Part shown: piece by piece, positions 9,735 through 19,975 of the stretch
Layout: every line of letters starts with the position of its first letter
Numbering within the stretch: the first letter of the stretch is position 1
IMG/VR virus record: IMGVR_UViG_3300020440_000029
Location: 1-40,976 of that record
Strand: one strand, 5' to 3'
Origin: a virus
Taxonomy: Duplodnaviria > Caudoviricetes
Length of the DNA: 40,976 nucleotides
The notes under the pieces: generated by a model
Database searches by the model: none
Seen by the model: only the letters and a program-made list of their open reading frames with translations
What the model was told of the DNA's origin: nothing
Translations under genes and position numbers: made by a program

Positions 9735-9942
9735 GTATCACCTCGTGAATACTGTTCAGCTTAGTAATTACATATTCGCGTACTGCGTTATGTGTGCTAG
9801 CTGAAGATGTGTTAAGTGACGCAGGAGGCAGCGAGTTAAGATATTCTCGACCCATTGCTGCTCGTGCTTCTAGTGTAAATCGCTCGTCGTTAATGAGCTT
9901 GTCGAAGTGTTCAATCACTCCATATATTTCATAAGGTTTCAA
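9547..9942 (-). CDS. hypothetical protein (131 aa)
   Basis: AAGGAG + TTG start; C-terminal low-complexity part overlaps the next ORF. Confidence 0.5.
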   Translation of the reverse strand: MKPYEIYGVIEHFDKLINDERFTLEARAAMGREYLNSLPPASLNTSSASTHNAVREYVITKLNSIHEVIHGAERNAKSKVEEIKSQPSEKTSVDKAEQTPAPDNTNEAGGRTKVAKAPSNAKKRGRKKSSA

Positions 9943-9960
9943 TTTGCTCTCCTTAAATTT

Positions 9961-12900
9961 TTATGACAGCGCATACATGTTCGGCTCTTGGTCAGTGCCG
10001 AATGTTTGCTGCTTCTGCTGCTCGATTTGCTGCAGTACTTCTGACATTGGTGCTTGAATAGTCTGGCTGCCTTCAGGTGTCATAATGTTAAATTTAACAG
10101 TGACACTTGCTGGGTTCAGACCATTAGCCTCTGCAATCTGCTGATAGATCGGACTGTTAGCTATGTCTCTCAAGATTGACCAGTACAGCTCACGCATTGT
10201 TTCACCGTGCTTTGCATGTGTTGCAAAAGCATCGTGTGTATGCATGAAGCCTGACGCACCAGACTGACGTAAACGGCGTGCTAATTCACGCTGCACATAC
10301 GCATCCAGTGCATGGTTCAAAAATGCTGCAAAGCCTGTAATTGCTAACTTGTCTTTGTAGACAGGAACAGCAATATTCCGAGCACTATCAAGCTCCCACT
10401 TGACACGCTTCTTAGCACTGTCAGGTAGCTTGCCTGTATAGACAGCGACGTCACCATCTGGCAGAGGAACACGCACAGCAAAACCATCTTGGCCTTGTAT
10501 GTCGAACATTGTGCTAGCGATTGCTCTAGCGACACCTTCTGCCATAGCAGCACCACGGAACTTTGTATCAAAGTCTAGCTCAAGATCATTTTGGATCTGT
10601 TTGAGGCTATCTTTGATCTCCTGAGGTCTTCCCTCGCGCGAGTCTGCGTACTCTGGCAGTGACTTAGCTATCTCATCTGCACCAGATTTCATGGCTGTGA
10701 GCTTAACTTGGCCATAAGAACGTCTATTACTAATAAATTTCTTAGTAATCTTACGTGTTTTTGTTTGTGGCAAGTTAAGTGTGCGCTCTAACATCTCAGC
10801 ACCAGGTCGATACAAATCACCACCTGGACCGTCTGGGTCCATAGGGCCAATGTTCGTTTCTGCTGCAAGATTAGCATCACCAGTTAACACAGCATGAAGC
10901 TGATAAGATGATGATGTCCCATCAAACCAAACTGGATAACTGGACTTAAAGTCTGCTAATGCAGCTTGTGCTTCAGGTCTCATAAACAGCTCGCTTGAGC
11001 TCATCTTCTTTGCATCAGGTATGATGTTTTCCAAGAAAGCTCTCATACGACCAAGTTCAACTGCTGCACGCTGCATCTCAAAACCGTGTTCAGCCACATC
11101 AAAAATGGCGTGGTTCTTTTGATACAGAGTTGTGCCAGACTGCTTGTCAAGAAACAGCTTTGGTGTACCACCACGAGTGTGAGAGTAAACGTAGCTGCCA
11201 TCTTGGCCATAAGCGTTGACCAGATAATCGATAAGCGGCATCTGTAAGTCTGCTTCAGGTATTACGTCAGTAACAGGTCGACCTGTAAGTTGCATATATT
11301 CTGCAACTGTACCAAACAAGAAACCAGCACGCATGTTGTACGGTAACTCGTTTGATATGCCGAAGTGATCACGAAGTGAGTGTAAGAACTGCTCAAAACC
11401 AGTTTCGCCTAGTGGTTCCCAGTTAGGAAACTCCCATATAGCTTTACCAGCTTTGCCTTGATATGACGCTGACCCATTGAGTGTATCAATACGCAGTCTG
11501 TCTTGAGCTTGACGCTTCATAAAGACAGGTGTCATACCACCAGTATCTTCGTTCTTGTTGTCTCTGTACTGCTTAATAGCTTCAGCTGACGCTAATGTGT
11601 AAGCACTATCAGTTGTGCCATCTTTCTTGTAGATCAGATCAAGACCACGATGTGTTTGTGGTGTGGACTGCATTTTGTCCATCATCTCGTATATCTTATC
11701 GTTGATAACAAGAGCTTGTTTCTGCTCACGTTCAATAAAGACTTCAGTGTTGTCGTATATTCCAAGTGGATGACCGTTGATCTTAGGCTTGCCACCCCAA
11801 TGAGTTGGCTTTGCTCTATTCTCAAACTTACTGATGTTGTTGAGCTCTGCTTTTTCTACAAGCTCAGGCAACGTTGGTTCAATCATGTGTACTGGGTACA
11901 AACGACCACCTGCTGATGTGCGGAAGGCAAGACCGAAGTCACCAATAATGCCAGCTTTCTGCATTGCCTTGAGAAGTGTCAAAAAGTCTTCACGATACGG
12001 CTGAATAGCCTCTTCCATGTCCATATCTGGATCTGGCTTTGTAACTACACCAGCATCATCCATGACACCAATAGCACGCAGATAGTCTGCAGCAATCATG
12101 CCCATGTCTGTTGAAGGTGTAATACGTGAAAATGTTTTTATTAACACTTCAGGTGTAATCGAAGGCAAACCGAGATTCTCAGCGATGTTCTGCATTGCAC
12201 CGTCATAATTCATATTGACTTCGACACGACGTTCTTTTGCAGAAGCTGCCTTCTGTTCAATTTCTTCAAGCCTCTTTAGCCGCTTAGCGACCATAGGACC
12301 ACCAGCTTTGTCTTTCTTGGCATAGGCTACATCAGGCACATAGAGTTGTGCATAGTGCTCATTTACCTGGCGCTGATAAGTCTTGCCTGTGTAAACATCA
12401 TCTAAGATGCTGTTGACTGTGTTAAAGCCATTGCCATCAATTAAGTTTTTGAAGGCTTCAATAAGATCTTTGATACGAGCAACAATGTATTTGATTGCAC
12501 CAGTGTTCTCACCACGTACATCTTGTATTCTTGCAGCAGTTTCAGCGAGACCTTCAAGCATCTGAGCTGTAGTGTCGAGCTCTGGATATAGCTCTTGCAC
12601 TTCTTGCATAACCTGCTTGTATTCAGGACGAGACTTAATAACTTGCATCTCTTCAGGTGTTAGCCTGTTTTCGATGGCATGAAAGATCTCGTGCAAGACT
12701 TTGCGCTTGTCACCATTTGCTGTGAGTGTGATTAACTGCTGACGACGGTAATAAGCATCCTCAGAAGCATTTAAGGCTACGTTAAAACCATTGCCTAACG
12801 CGTCAGCTACAAGCTGTGCACGTTCGACATCTGTAATCTTGTTGCCTGATTTGTGCAGTGAGCGAGACCTAAATATGTCTGCTGCTGCAAGAGCGTTAGG

Positions 12901-15474
12901 TGATAACACATACTCAGTAATAGTTTGACCAAACGGAGACTTATATGGCTCACGTTTAATCATACCGTTACGAAGCAGCTTTTCGAATATAGACTGTGGC
13001 CACATCATAGTGACACGACCATTATCCTTGGTCTGCATTGTAGTCTGAGCGAAAGCGTCAGCTTCTTGTGGCATTGTAGCTGCGAATGTTCTAGGTGTGC
13101 TAAAACCGCTGTCTTCAATTGCCTGTGCTGACTTCTTGCTTGTACCGTGATTTAGCATAACCATCGGCTCGCCGTACGTTTCACGACCAGCGTCTAGTTC
13201 TTCTTCAATTACTTGTGCCCCAGGCACACCACTAAACCGTGACTCTTGTTTAGGACCGAAGTCGACAAGAGGTTCTAAGATTTGTTTGATGTAGTCTTTG
13301 TGCTCAGGATTTTCCGCAAGAGTTTGTTCGAGCAAAGCTCGTTTTGCCACTTGACTACGAGCGTTAGCAATACTGTTAGCGCGCTGCGCAAGCTCTGGCG
13401 TAGGTGCATTTTGCACAGCGACGTCAGCTGCTCGCATTGCGTTATCAACAGTCGCTTGGTACGCCATCGGATTGATGATACCGTTTGGCCCCATGCTACC
13501 TTGTGGCAACACTTGGTTCGTGCCAGTATTCGCATTTGCTGTCTCCATGCCCAGTTCTTGGGCTGTTTTGCGTATTGCATCCTGTAAGGCGTAGAAATCA
13601 GCAGACGTATTACCTACTTTGGCTTGCTTGCCTTCAAGGTGCGCTTGATACTGATCAATTGTCTGTGCTAGGTCAGGACGAGTGCGCCGCAAAACACGAA
13701 GTGCCTGCGCTTGCTGCTTTCTATTCAAGCCTGTTGCTTGAGCAACCTGACCTTCAGCGTTTGAACCAACAGCAGGCTCTGTGCCAGTTCGCAGACCTGC
13801 CATAGCTGTAGCTTGGCGAGCTGCTTCCTGTTCAGCAAGTGATGTTGCTGCACCTTGTTCTGCTTGTTGTGTCTGACCTTGACCTGCTACGTTTATGCCA
13901 GGTGCTTCACCGTACTTTTTAATAGCTTGTGACACACGGTTACGTGCACCAGTCGCCCGATCAACTATACGGCCACCAAGAACAGCACTACCTGAAAGTA
14001 TAGGATTATAAAAAGCAAATATGCCTGATCCAACTGCTTGTGTTGAGCCAACACCACGACCAAACGTGCCTGCCTTGCGAAGTCCTTCCATAGGGTTCAA
14101 CAAGTCTGTGTATTGGCTTACACCACCCTTGACACCTTTTTGGTTGAAACGAGTGATGATATTCAAGCGGCGTGCAATTGCACCTAGCTCTGGATCTACG
14201 TTATTGAGAAACTCAATGTCAGCATTACTTGCTTCGTTCTTAGCTTTGTTCTTTGCTCTGCGTTCTGCTGTAGCAAAGTCAGCACTGTTTATATCTACAC
14301 CTGCTGCTTTCGCACGACGTTTAGCTGCATCAAACTCTTTCATATATCTTGTGTGAAGATCGTCGAGTGTCTGCTTTGCGTCGTTCAGATTCTTTGTCGG
14401 ATTTCTGTCAGTAAACTGTGTAGCTAGTGTTTGAACATCACGTGCAACATCAGCCATAGCTTCAGTGTCACCACCATGAATATTTTTCATGCTAGTCATA
14501 GCATCCATAGATGCCTGTGCTGCCTTACCAGTTTCTACAACTGTCTGGCCAGTACCTCTGACACCACCACCTGCAGAAAAGCCTGCAAAGAATGACTCTT
14601 TAAAACGAGACCTTGCTTCTTCACCTGATATGTCTTTACCAGCGACAATCGCGGTGCCCATCTTGACACCTTCTTGTGCTGTTTCAGTAAGACCTTCAAC
14701 TGTAGCACCTGTCGTAAATGCAGCAGCAATACGACCTAAGCCTTTACGCTGAAGTATTTCTCTGACACCCTTTACACCGAGTTTGCCAGCAACTTCTTTG
14801 CTTACACCTTTCAGAACAACGCCAGCACCTAAGTTTTCTAGCAGTGCCATAATGACACCACCAGTAGATGCGAGTGCTACACGCTTGTCTTGATCTAAGC
14901 CTTCAATTTCTCGTAGCTCTGCGTTTACTTCACCAGATGTTAACAGTGGTGTGACCATAGGTGCAGCCATAGCTGTCATCATGTATGGTGCAGACTCAGC
15001 AATTTTCTGTGTGCCATATTTTAAAGCAGAACCAACACCAGACACATCATCAGTTGTTAACGATCTGTAGTTGAGTGCTTGTGCTTCTTGCTGAGCTTGA
15101 TCTGCTCTTGCTCTATTAGCAGCAACACCTTGCGCTACATAAGCATCATTATCTATAGGAGCAAAACCTAGTGCTTCACGTATAGGGTTGCCGATAGCTT
15201 CTTGACCTGCGCGAGTAAGTCTACCGTATAAACCATCCTGCATAGCTTCGTTTACATCAGCCACGTAGTCTAGTGTGTTTGCACGTGACATTAACTCGCC
15301 ATGCTTAAAAGCAGTGCCCATAGATGTGTCACCTTGCGGTGCAGCGGTAGGACCACCAAGTTGTGCTAGTATTTCGTCTACAGTCTTACGTTGTTCGTCT
15401 GGTGACAGGCTTGCAAAACTCTCGTCTACTTTAATTGTCGGATAACCGTCGATGTTGAGATCAAGTTGTCCCAT
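9961..15474 (-). CDS. large internal virion (ejection) polyvalent protein: ART-like + zincin peptidase + C-terminal single-subunit RNA polymerase
   Basis: 1837 aa; EGLTETAQE ejection-protein segment; NHGT..GF...EYV (~aa 776-855); HEIFH...EGLAE (aa 928); RNAP motifs PVWFDGTSSSYQLH (D1518), RKITKKFISNRRSYG (R1574), THDAF (D1748). Confidence 0.8.
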   Translation of the reverse strand: MGQLDLNIDGYPTIKVDESFASLSPDEQRKTVDEILAQLGGPTAAPQGDTSMGTAFKHGELMSRANTLDYVADVNEAMQDGLYGRLTRAGQEAIGNPIREALGFAPIDNDAYVAQGVAANRARADQAQQEAQALNYRSLTTDDVSGVGSALKYGTQKIAESAPYMMTAMAAPMVTPLLTSGEVNAELREIEGLDQDKRVALASTGGVIMALLENLGAGVVLKGVSKEVAGKLGVKGVREILQRKGLGRIAAAFTTGATVEGLTETAQEGVKMGTAIVAGKDISGEEARSRFKESFFAGFSAGGGVRGTGQTVVETGKAAQASMDAMTSMKNIHGGDTEAMADVARDVQTLATQFTDRNPTKNLNDAKQTLDDLHTRYMKEFDAAKRRAKAAGVDINSADFATAERRAKNKAKNEASNADIEFLNNVDPELGAIARRLNIITRFNQKGVKGGVSQYTDLLNPMEGLRKAGTFGRGVGSTQAVGSGIFAFYNPILSGSAVLGGRIVDRATGARNRVSQAIKKYGEAPGINVAGQGQTQQAEQGAATSLAEQEAARQATAMAGLRTGTEPAVGSNAEGQVAQATGLNRKQQAQALRVLRRTRPDLAQTIDQYQAHLEGKQAKVGNTSADFYALQDAIRKTAQELGMETANANTGTNQVLPQGSMGPNGIINPMAYQATVDNAMRAADVAVQNAPTPELAQRANSIANARSQVAKRALLEQTLAENPEHKDYIKQILEPLVDFGPKQESRFSGVPGAQVIEEELDAGRETYGEPMVMLNHGTSKKSAQAIEDSGFSTPRTFAATMPQEADAFAQTTMQTKDNGRVTMMWPQSIFEKLLRNGMIKREPYKSPFGQTITEYVLSPNALAAADIFRSRSLHKSGNKITDVERAQLVADALGNGFNVALNASEDAYYRRQQLITLTANGDKRKVLHEIFHAIENRLTPEEMQVIKSRPEYKQVMQEVQELYPELDTTAQMLEGLAETAARIQDVRGENTGAIKYIVARIKDLIEAFKNLIDGNGFNTVNSILDDVYTGKTYQRQVNEHYAQLYVPDVAYAKKDKAGGPMVAKRLKRLEEIEQKAASAKERRVEVNMNYDGAMQNIAENLGLPSITPEVLIKTFSRITPSTDMGMIAADYLRAIGVMDDAGVVTKPDPDMDMEEAIQPYREDFLTLLKAMQKAGIIGDFGLAFRTSAGGRLYPVHMIEPTLPELVEKAELNNISKFENRAKPTHWGGKPKINGHPLGIYDNTEVFIEREQKQALVINDKIYEMMDKMQSTPQTHRGLDLIYKKDGTTDSAYTLASAEAIKQYRDNKNEDTGGMTPVFMKRQAQDRLRIDTLNGSASYQGKAGKAIWEFPNWEPLGETGFEQFLHSLRDHFGISNELPYNMRAGFLFGTVAEYMQLTGRPVTDVIPEADLQMPLIDYLVNAYGQDGSYVYSHTRGGTPKLFLDKQSGTTLYQKNHAIFDVAEHGFEMQRAAVELGRMRAFLENIIPDAKKMSSSELFMRPEAQAALADFKSSYPVWFDGTSSSYQLHAVLTGDANLAAETNIGPMDPDGPGGDLYRPGAEMLERTLNLPQTKTRKITKKFISNRRSYGQVKLTAMKSGADEIAKSLPEYADSREGRPQEIKDSLKQIQNDLELDFDTKFRGAAMAEGVARAIASTMFDIQGQDGFAVRVPLPDGDVAVYTGKLPDSAKKRVKWELDSARNIAVPVYKDKLAITGFAAFLNHALDAYVQRELARRLRQSGASGFMHTHDAFATHAKHGETMRELYWSILRDIANSPIYQQIAEANGLNPASVTVKFNIMTPEGSQTIQAPMSEVLQQIEQQKQQTFGTDQEPNMYALS

Positions 15475-15485
15475 AGACTTCTCCG

Positions 15486-16736
15486 TTATGGTGTATTAGC
15501 TACCTGAGGTGCTGAGACTGTAAAGCCTACTCCTGTGCTAGTTGTGCCTGAACCAGAAGAACCACTACCACCACCAGCTTGTTGCATGTACAGGTTGCGA
15601 ACTTGCGCTTCGATAGTTGCAAGAGTTCCATCAGTGTCGATGTCGTAACCAGCTAATGTGCCGTTCTGATTGAAGTAATTTAGCTGTTTCTGTTTAGCGT
15701 CTAAATATGCTTGAGCCAGCATAGAAGCTGCACGAATACGCTTAGCATTCATTTCTGGGCTTAACTGAGCATTGTATGCACGAGATATGAGCATCATACC
15801 TTCACGTTGTGTAAACTGAGCACCCAGTGTCTCACGTAGATTTTTCTGAATAACGCCAGCAACAACTTCTTGTGTGTCAAAGGAGTCTTTGTCAAAAATT
15901 GAACGAAGACCCATGTCACCTTCTTTGTCTATTAAGCGTGACACTGATTTAAACGGTGCACCCCAACTTAAGCCAGTTTGGTCTGCATTAGGTTCTTCAA
16001 GCAGATCAGCAACCATGTTTAGTGTTGCGATGTTGCCACTAATTGCTGTTGGACTGAACGTACCGATCTCTTTACCAAATGCCTTGTCACGAGCTTTTTC
16101 AGCTTCACTTAGTGGATTCAGATTTACTGGATTCCGTGTATTGGGTTTGTTTGTTACTGCAGGCTTTTTTGATGCCTTAAATGCTTCAATTTGAGCTTGG
16201 CTGTACATGTGTGTAACATCTTCTAGTTGCCCAGTACGTTTATTAAGCTGCATCACACGACCAGTTAAATGATCACCGACCCATTGTGCGTCTGCGGTTG
16301 CATTTTGCTGGTAACTCTGCTGGTCTTGTGCAATCTGACCTCGCAACAGTTGCTGATCCAACGGAAACTGTCGCACGCTTTGGTCCATATTTAGTTGCGT
16401 TTGTTCCATGCCTTGCTCGGTCTGTTTCATACCAAGCTCGGTTCTTCGCTTTTCGAGTTCATCGAGTGACAACTGACGTTTGTCTTGTTGGCGCTGTCTG
16501 AACCTTTCACGAATACCTGACTGGTAATCAGTAATCTTGCCAGTTATGTCACCACCTTGCATGGCTTGTCCGAGCAACGCGAGTTTCATACCAGTATCCA
16601 TATTTCTAGGATTAACTAGTTGCTGCATCATTTCTTGATATTGCGGATGTGCTATGCCTTGTTCATACAACGCTTTGCTTTGGTCTTCAGACAAAACACC
16701 AGCACCACGATTGTTGAGTATATCATATAGCCCCAT
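15486..16736 (-). CDS. internal virion / ejection protein (416 aa)
   Basis: Q/G/A-rich helical composition; located between tail genes and the large internal protein. Confidence 0.6.
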   Translation of the reverse strand: MGLYDILNNRGAGVLSEDQSKALYEQGIAHPQYQEMMQQLVNPRNMDTGMKLALLGQAMQGGDITGKITDYQSGIRERFRQRQQDKRQLSLDELEKRRTELGMKQTEQGMEQTQLNMDQSVRQFPLDQQLLRGQIAQDQQSYQQNATADAQWVGDHLTGRVMQLNKRTGQLEDVTHMYSQAQIEAFKASKKPAVTNKPNTRNPVNLNPLSEAEKARDKAFGKEIGTFSPTAISGNIATLNMVADLLEEPNADQTGLSWGAPFKSVSRLIDKEGDMGLRSIFDKDSFDTQEVVAGVIQKNLRETLGAQFTQREGMMLISRAYNAQLSPEMNAKRIRAASMLAQAYLDAKQKQLNYFNQNGTLAGYDIDTDGTLATIEAQVRNLYMQQAGGGSGSSGSGTTSTGVGFTVSAPQVANTP

Positions 16737-17850
16737 GTGGTCCTCCGTATGGTCTGATAGCTTTATCCATCAAATAACGAAGTGCACGTTTTACAGTAGG
16801 TTTGTTGTGTACCCAGACAGCAAACTTCTCACCATGTGTTGCATATAAATTATGAAGCCAGCGAGGTGCGTCAAAGTACATCCAATGCCTAAACATACGC
16901 CACTTGAAGTTATGCTCACCGTATACTTCACGAGCGACCCAGCAGAACAGTGTCATGCCAGTACCAATTACGTTCATCAGCTGGCCTGCTTGACTTAGGC
17001 CACCTTGTCTGTCGTAAGCACCACCATAACCAGCACCACCTGAGAAACTAGACAGTGGGTTAAACAAATTCATGTAGCTGCCAGCAAGCTGCATTGGACG
17101 ATCTTGTGCCATGTAGAACTGTTTTGCAGCGTCGTCGAGACCACCTTGGTTAAAGCCACGCATAAAGTTACCTGCGTTTGACAACATACCAAGCGAGTTG
17201 TTTGCGTTACCGAAAGCCTGCCGATTTGCACCCATCATGGAGTTGAGTGCTGTCTGCTGCTGACCAATGTTCGTATTGAACTGGTTCATACCTTGGTTAA
17301 ACAAGTTGTTCCGTATTTGTGCAGACATGTCTCCAATGTTTTCTGCTGCAAGACCTCTCATCACACCTTCGGCAACACCAGCACGTGTGTTATTGGTGTT
17401 GTTGCCAGACAGAGCTGTTCTATTGAGCTGTGGAAGCTGACTGTTGAAGAGGTTGCGCTGAATATCACGAGTTGAAGCATCAACCATGCTTTGTGCCATA
17501 GGTGAGCTAGCGAGGTTCATGCCAGCGTTATACCCACCCATAGGATTTTGCAGAGACGTCGCTAAGTTAGCTATACCTTGACCAAAACCAGACGTAGCGT
17601 TGTAGTTATTCATGCCACCTGTCATGCCTAGACCACCAAGTGTCTGCGCATTGTTGTAGTACTGCTGTTGTAGTGGATCTAAGCCAGCGTAAGTCTGACC
17701 ACCGTACACAGGATTTTGCAGATTACTCATTATATTCTGGTCGAGCGTCGGACGTATGCCGCCAAGTGCCCCTTTATACAAATCAAAAGCACCCTGTGCG
17801 ATAGGGTCGGTCGCTTGTATTGTTTTTCTGCTTCCGAATAAGCTACCCAT
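16723..17850 (-). CDS. internal virion / ejection protein with C-terminal CWVAREVYG domain
   Basis: start set at ATG 17850 (GGAG RBS, MGSLFG); G/N/Q/M-rich. Confidence 0.6.
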   Translation of the reverse strand: MGSLFGSRKTIQATDPIAQGAFDLYKGALGGIRPTLDQNIMSNLQNPVYGGQTYAGLDPLQQQYYNNAQTLGGLGMTGGMNNYNATSGFGQGIANLATSLQNPMGGYNAGMNLASSPMAQSMVDASTRDIQRNLFNSQLPQLNRTALSGNNTNNTRAGVAEGVMRGLAAENIGDMSAQIRNNLFNQGMNQFNTNIGQQQTALNSMMGANRQAFGNANNSLGMLSNAGNFMRGFNQGGLDDAAKQFYMAQDRPMQLAGSYMNLFNPLSSFSGGAGYGGAYDRQGGLSQAGQLMNVIGTGMTLFCWVAREVYGEHNFKWRMFRHWMYFDAPRWLHNLYATHGEKFAVWVHNKPTVKRALRYLMDKAIRPYGGPHGAI

Positions 17851-18145
17851 CTTTTTTTCTCCAAAGCCAGATTTGTTTGCCATCTTTCAAAGTTTCGTGA
17901 TGTACAAATCCGAACATGTATAAAAATTTTTCGTGTTTTTTGTCCTTTGGATCGTGCTCTGCATAGATCGGACCGCCATGAGCTGTGTTGACTAAGTGCC
18001 AACCACTCAGCAGCATTTGTTTTGTTAGTTTCGACCACCTTGTGTGGATGTCGCAGTGGGCAAATGTGCCTATACCTGCGACTTCTTCGAAGTAAATTGT
18101 GTAGCACCAGCGTTTAGCTACAGGGACTTTGAATAAATTCATCAC
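17843..18145 (-). CDS. hypothetical protein, possibly GNAT-like
   Basis: coupled to neighbours; HCDI and KFLYMFGF segments; position equivalent to the GNAT-like gene before podovirus core proteins. Confidence 0.45.
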   Translation of the reverse strand: MMNLFKVPVAKRWCYTIYFEEVAGIGTFAHCDIHTRWSKLTKQMLLSGWHLVNTAHGGPIYAEHDPKDKKHEKFLYMFGFVHHETLKDGKQIWLWRKKDG

Positions 18146-18312
18146 AAGCCTCCTGCAGTGAGCCTCGTATCTATCTCATCGAGTAGTGTGAGTATGCGAT
18201 CTACTGATATTTCGATCTTGCGTAGCTCTTCATCAATGTAAGGAACTGTTGACTCAATATCTGCTGGCGGTGTCAAGCGCGTATATGGCTCTTTTTCTGT
18301 ATTATAGGCCAT
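18142..18312 (-). CDS. 56-aa hypothetical protein MAYNTEKEPYTRL...LTAGGL (not in ORF track)
   Basis: AGGAG RBS, fills the gap exactly, GTGA overlap with the next gene. Confidence 0.7.
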   Translation of the reverse strand: MAYNTEKEPYTRLTPPADIESTVPYIDEELRKIEISVDRILTLLDEIDTRLTAGGL

Positions 18313-18313
18313 G

Positions 18314-19966
18314 CTATCTCCCTGATGTTGTATCTACATCGAAGTCTGCCGCACTAAAGTTGAAATAAACGCCACTCGGCTCTTCGATGCGGTAAGCAAG
18401 CAGCCTACCTGACGCCTTGGTGTCGATTTTGTGGTGTGTATTTGGATAAAAGGTGAACGAAGTCACATAATTTGGTGAATCATCGTACGCCAGGTCAGTA
18501 GAACCTAGCTTAACAGTCACTGGATCTGTGCCAGACACTGTTACGATCTGCGGTGTGCATGTTAATAGATGCTTATACGCCCTCAGAGGTGCTTGTGTCT
18601 CATCAAGATCGAGTCCACGTCGCTCTAAAAACGCCAAATTTAGTGCTTCTGGCTCCACTGCTGCGTTAGTCAAACCAGTAAAGAGCATGTCGTTCGCATA
18701 AACTCTGCCTGCTGTGTGACCGTTGGCATCATCTCGCATAGCTGCAAATGCACTAATGCGTGGCGAGTTGTCAGCGAAGCTAGCAAAGTTGGCATTGAGT
18801 GTCTGGTATGTACCAGAAGCGTTGCTGTAAAGCTGACCAGTGTTCAATGTGTTTGTAAAAGCTGCACCTGCTACGTTTGGCAAGTCAACGAATGACCATG
18901 TGTCTGTCTTCAGATTGTAAACTGCTGCTTTGTTGCAGTAGTTTGTTGCTACATAAGCAATGTCTGACTCATCTGAGACATAGCAGAAGTAGATAAGGTC
19001 GTTGACTTCATCCAGATGCACGAAGCACTTGTTCAGCTTTGTTCTATTAATCTCTGAGTAAATACGTTCTCTGACACGGTTGTTAGCAACAGACTGCATA
19101 CGAACACCGTCGTGCTTGTATATGTCAGTGTCACCAAACACATAGTGCTCACGACCAGTGCTAGCAATACAATTAACGTTGATAACACCATCTCGGTCAA
19201 ACAGGTTTCTGAACGAGAACACAAACTGTGAACCAGTGTATTCCATGATTGCTGACTCGGTTGACGAGTAAATCACAAACTGGTTGCCTAACTCCATGCC
19301 GTCAACAAGAGGTGTCGTGAAGTTAGTCAATATGTTGCTACCAGCATTGTTTGATGCTGTTGGTGTCCAAACGACACCTGTTGACAAGCTGGCACGATAT
19401 TGAAGTATGTCGCACCACTTAACTTTTGTATCAAATGTCGTACCACTTTCTGTGACGTTCAGAGCAATAATGAAGTCTCTGAATGTACGCATGGTACGTG
19501 CTCTGTCTGCTGTAGGCCAATCACCTACAGACATCAGAGAATATCTTGTATCTGCCACAGGATCACGCACATAAGGCTCACTTGATCCTCTGCAGAGTAT
19601 AGTTAATCCTGCAACTTCTGCATGTGTCCACGGTGACTGATCATTGCCAGAAGGTGTAACAGCAGCAGGATGAACATCTGCCGACACGCCATCATTGTAT
19701 TCTGTAACACTGTTATCTGCGTTTGCTACGACATACATTGAGCCGTTTGATGGATGGTTGTAGTTAAACACTGACAACGGAATATCTGTCTGAGCTGCTT
19801 GCGTTGTCTGATTAAACAGTGTCTTAAAAACTGGTGCACGAAGCACTCTGTTCTCATTGAAGACAATGTTTCTACCATCACTAAAACCGTTCAAGGGTAG
19901 GTCATGGGGGTTAATGTCAGTAATAACACCGACCTTACCCAAATCTCTGATCGGTAAGTTAGGCAT
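18314..19966 (-). CDS. tail nozzle / stabilisation protein (tail tubular B or P22 gp10-like)
   Basis: 550 aa, beta-rich; GVITDINPHDLP N-terminus; position before core proteins. Confidence 0.65.
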   Translation of the reverse strand: MPNLPIRDLGKVGVITDINPHDLPLNGFSDGRNIVFNENRVLRAPVFKTLFNQTTQAAQTDIPLSVFNYNHPSNGSMYVVANADNSVTEYNDGVSADVHPAAVTPSGNDQSPWTHAEVAGLTILCRGSSEPYVRDPVADTRYSLMSVGDWPTADRARTMRTFRDFIIALNVTESGTTFDTKVKWCDILQYRASLSTGVVWTPTASNNAGSNILTNFTTPLVDGMELGNQFVIYSSTESAIMEYTGSQFVFSFRNLFDRDGVINVNCIASTGREHYVFGDTDIYKHDGVRMQSVANNRVRERIYSEINRTKLNKCFVHLDEVNDLIYFCYVSDESDIAYVATNYCNKAAVYNLKTDTWSFVDLPNVAGAAFTNTLNTGQLYSNASGTYQTLNANFASFADNSPRISAFAAMRDDANGHTAGRVYANDMLFTGLTNAAVEPEALNLAFLERRGLDLDETQAPLRAYKHLLTCTPQIVTVSGTDPVTVKLGSTDLAYDDSPNYVTSFTFYPNTHHKIDTKASGRLLAYRIEEPSGVYFNFSAADFDVDTTSGR

Positions 19967-19975
19967 GACTGTTCC

